A DNA stretch of 64,000 bases from Thermodesulfobacteriota bacterium. GTDB lineage: Bacteria > Desulfobacterota_D > UBA1144 > Nemesobacterales > UBA2774. Position 1 is the stretch's first letter. Every line of letters begins with the position of its first letter. The stretch lies in the NCBI GenBank assembly GCA_965223335.1, contig OZ244991.1, forward strand, positions 1,888,001-1,952,000, read 5' to 3'. Shown here piece after piece: positions 62,309 through 64,000 of this stretch. Under the pieces are notes generated by a model. That model made no database searches and was not told where the DNA came from. It worked only from the letters and a program-made list of their open reading frames with translations. The position numbers and the translations under genes were made by a program.

Positions 62309-63961
62309 TTGAGAACATTACTATTGCTAATTTTCTGTATAGTTGTAGCCACAGGCACGTTTGCCTGCAAACGCGGGGGTGATGAAGGCCAGGGGTCGGC
62401 AGAGGCCCAGACACAGGTGAGCGATCAAAACACAGGAGAGCCTGTGGACGGGGACTGGCTCATTTATCACCTGAGTGCCGAGCCGGCAACACTTAACCCC
62501 ATTACCGCCACCGATGCTTATGAGAGCAGGATAAACAGCGGTAACATATACGAAACACTGCTCGATAGGGATAACGAGACTTTGGAGCTATACCCGCTTT
62601 TAGCAGAGTCGTGGGAGATCTCGGATGATAAACTCACATACACGTTCAAGTTAAAAAAAGATGTGAAATGGCACGACGGCACACCTTTTACGGCTCTTGA
62701 CATTGTATTTTCATACAAATCTATAATGAACCCAAAGGTAGACTCCCCCCAGCTTAGGGCCTATTACCAGGAGATAAAGGATGTTACGGCCCTCGATGAC
62801 CACACGGTGCGCTTTGTGTACGCGCGTCCGTATTTTCTGGGGCTTGAGTTTTGCGGCGGGATGCCCATAGTGCCTAAACATATTTTTGACGACGGGGATT
62901 TCAACACAAACCCGGCAGGCAGAGACCCCATAGGCACCGGGCCTTATAAATTCGTCAAATGGACAACCGGAAGGGAGATCGCTTTAGAAAAGAACAATGA
63001 CTATTGGGGTGAGAAGCCCAAGCTAAACAGGCTTATTTTTAAGATCATTACGGACAACACGGTGGCTTTTCAGGTGCTTAAGAAACAGCAGCTGGATGTC
63101 TCAGGCCTAACACCTATCCAGTGGGACAAACAGACCTCAAGCCCGTCGTTTAAAAAGAACTTCGACAAGCTCAGCTACTTTACACCCAACTACAGCTATG
63201 TGGGCTGGAACATGAGAAAGCCGTTTTTTGCGGATAAAAGGGTCAGGCAGGCTATGACCCATCTATTGAACAGAGAGCTGATCTTAAAGACCATACTGCT
63301 TGATCTGGGCGCTATTGTCACAAACCCGTTCTATATTAACAGTAAGGAGTATGATAAATCTCTGGAACCCTACCCCTACGACCCTGACACCGCACGCCGG
63401 CTCCTGGATGAAGCAGGGTGGGTAGACAGCAATGGTGACGGTGTGAGGGATAAGGACGGGGTTAAGTTTGAGTTTGAGTTCTTAATCCCAGGCGGCTCAG
63501 AAACCGGGGAGAAGATCGCCACCATATTCAAAGAAGAAGTGGATAAGATGGGGATTAATATGGATATCAGAAAGACAGAGTGGGCTGTGTTCACTACACG
63601 CTTAAACGAGAGAAAATTCGATGCCGTTACCCTCGCATGGTCTATGGGAGTGGAGTCGGACCCTTACCAGATATGGAGCTCTACTCAGGCTAAAAAAGGG
63701 TCCAATTTTGTCGGATTTATAAACGAAGAGGCAGACAAACTCATTGACCAGGCGCGTACAGAGTTTGACAGGTCAAAGAGAATAGAGCTTTACCGCAGGT
63801 TCTCAAAAATAGTGCACGAGGAGCAGCCCTATTCGTTTCTGTTCTGCAGAAAGTCTACAGTGGCTGTAAACAAGAGATTTGAGAACGTGATCGTGCACCC
63901 GCTTGGAATCGATCCCCTTGAGTGGTATGTACCTTTACCACTTCAAATGTATAGCGAGTAA
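62309..63961 (+). CDS. Peptide ABC transporter substrate-binding lipoprotein (family 5)
   Basis: Lipobox TFAC; WHDGTPFTA, PIGTGPYKF; TTG start at 62309 after GGAG. Confidence 0.92.
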   Translation: MRTLLLLIFCIVVATGTFACKRGGDEGQGSAEAQTQVSDQNTGEPVDGDWLIYHLSAEPATLNPITATDAYESRINSGNIYETLLDRDNETLELYPLLAESWEISDDKLTYTFKLKKDVKWHDGTPFTALDIVFSYKSIMNPKVDSPQLRAYYQEIKDVTALDDHTVRFVYARPYFLGLEFCGGMPIVPKHIFDDGDFNTNPAGRDPIGTGPYKFVKWTTGREIALEKNNDYWGEKPKLNRLIFKIITDNTVAFQVLKKQQLDVSGLTPIQWDKQTSSPSFKKNFDKLSYFTPNYSYVGWNMRKPFFADKRVRQAMTHLLNRELILKTILLDLGAIVTNPFYINSKEYDKSLEPYPYDPDTARRLLDEAGWVDSNGDGVRDKDGVKFEFEFLIPGGSETGEKIATIFKEEVDKMGINMDIRKTEWAVFTTRLNERKFDAVTLAWSMGVESDPYQIWSSTQAKKGSNFVGFINEEADKLIDQARTEFDRSKRIELYRRFSKIVHEEQPYSFLFCRKSTVAVNKRFENVIVHPLGIDPLEWYVPLPLQMYSE

Positions 63962-64000
63962 GACGGGGTCGGTACCTGCTTTGTCGTATTTGCAGCATAT

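Overview
A gene-dense bacterial chromosome segment of moderate GC (by eye) with about 60 CDS and one tmRNA. I found no rRNA, tRNA, CRISPR array, transposase, integrase or phage gene. It is mostly housekeeping: proS, pyrF, clpB, dtd-smpB-ssrA, rph-rdgB-pyrG-RNase II, ptsH, ptsP, gltA, rplU-rpmA, mnmA-mtaB, mqnC, exbBD, nfeD-SPFH and a peptide ABC binding protein. Redox and stress genes are interspersed: USP, PerR-like Fur, a truncated haemoglobin-reductase pair, two unusual nitroreductase-fold proteins, a dodecin and an ECF sigma/anti-sigma pair. Gene content fits a diderm, deltaproteobacteria-like lineage (my impression is Candidatus Dadabacteria; inference only). No large novel island is evident. 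The best leads are: (1) a self-contained operon of an extended nitroreductase plus a small RHH-like protein; (2) a secreted DUF6600 protein with a poly-His/Lys/Arg/Tyr tail behind a poly-C tract and an ECF-like promoter; (3) a HAMP-linked, catalytically degenerate class III cyclase; (4) a B12 radical SAM enzyme with a STAS-like tail; (5) a trHbN-reductase operon with a perfect 10-11-10 operator; (6) a three-hairpin pyrG leader; (7) several apparently leaderless genes. All family calls come from motif recognition by eye; no searches were run.
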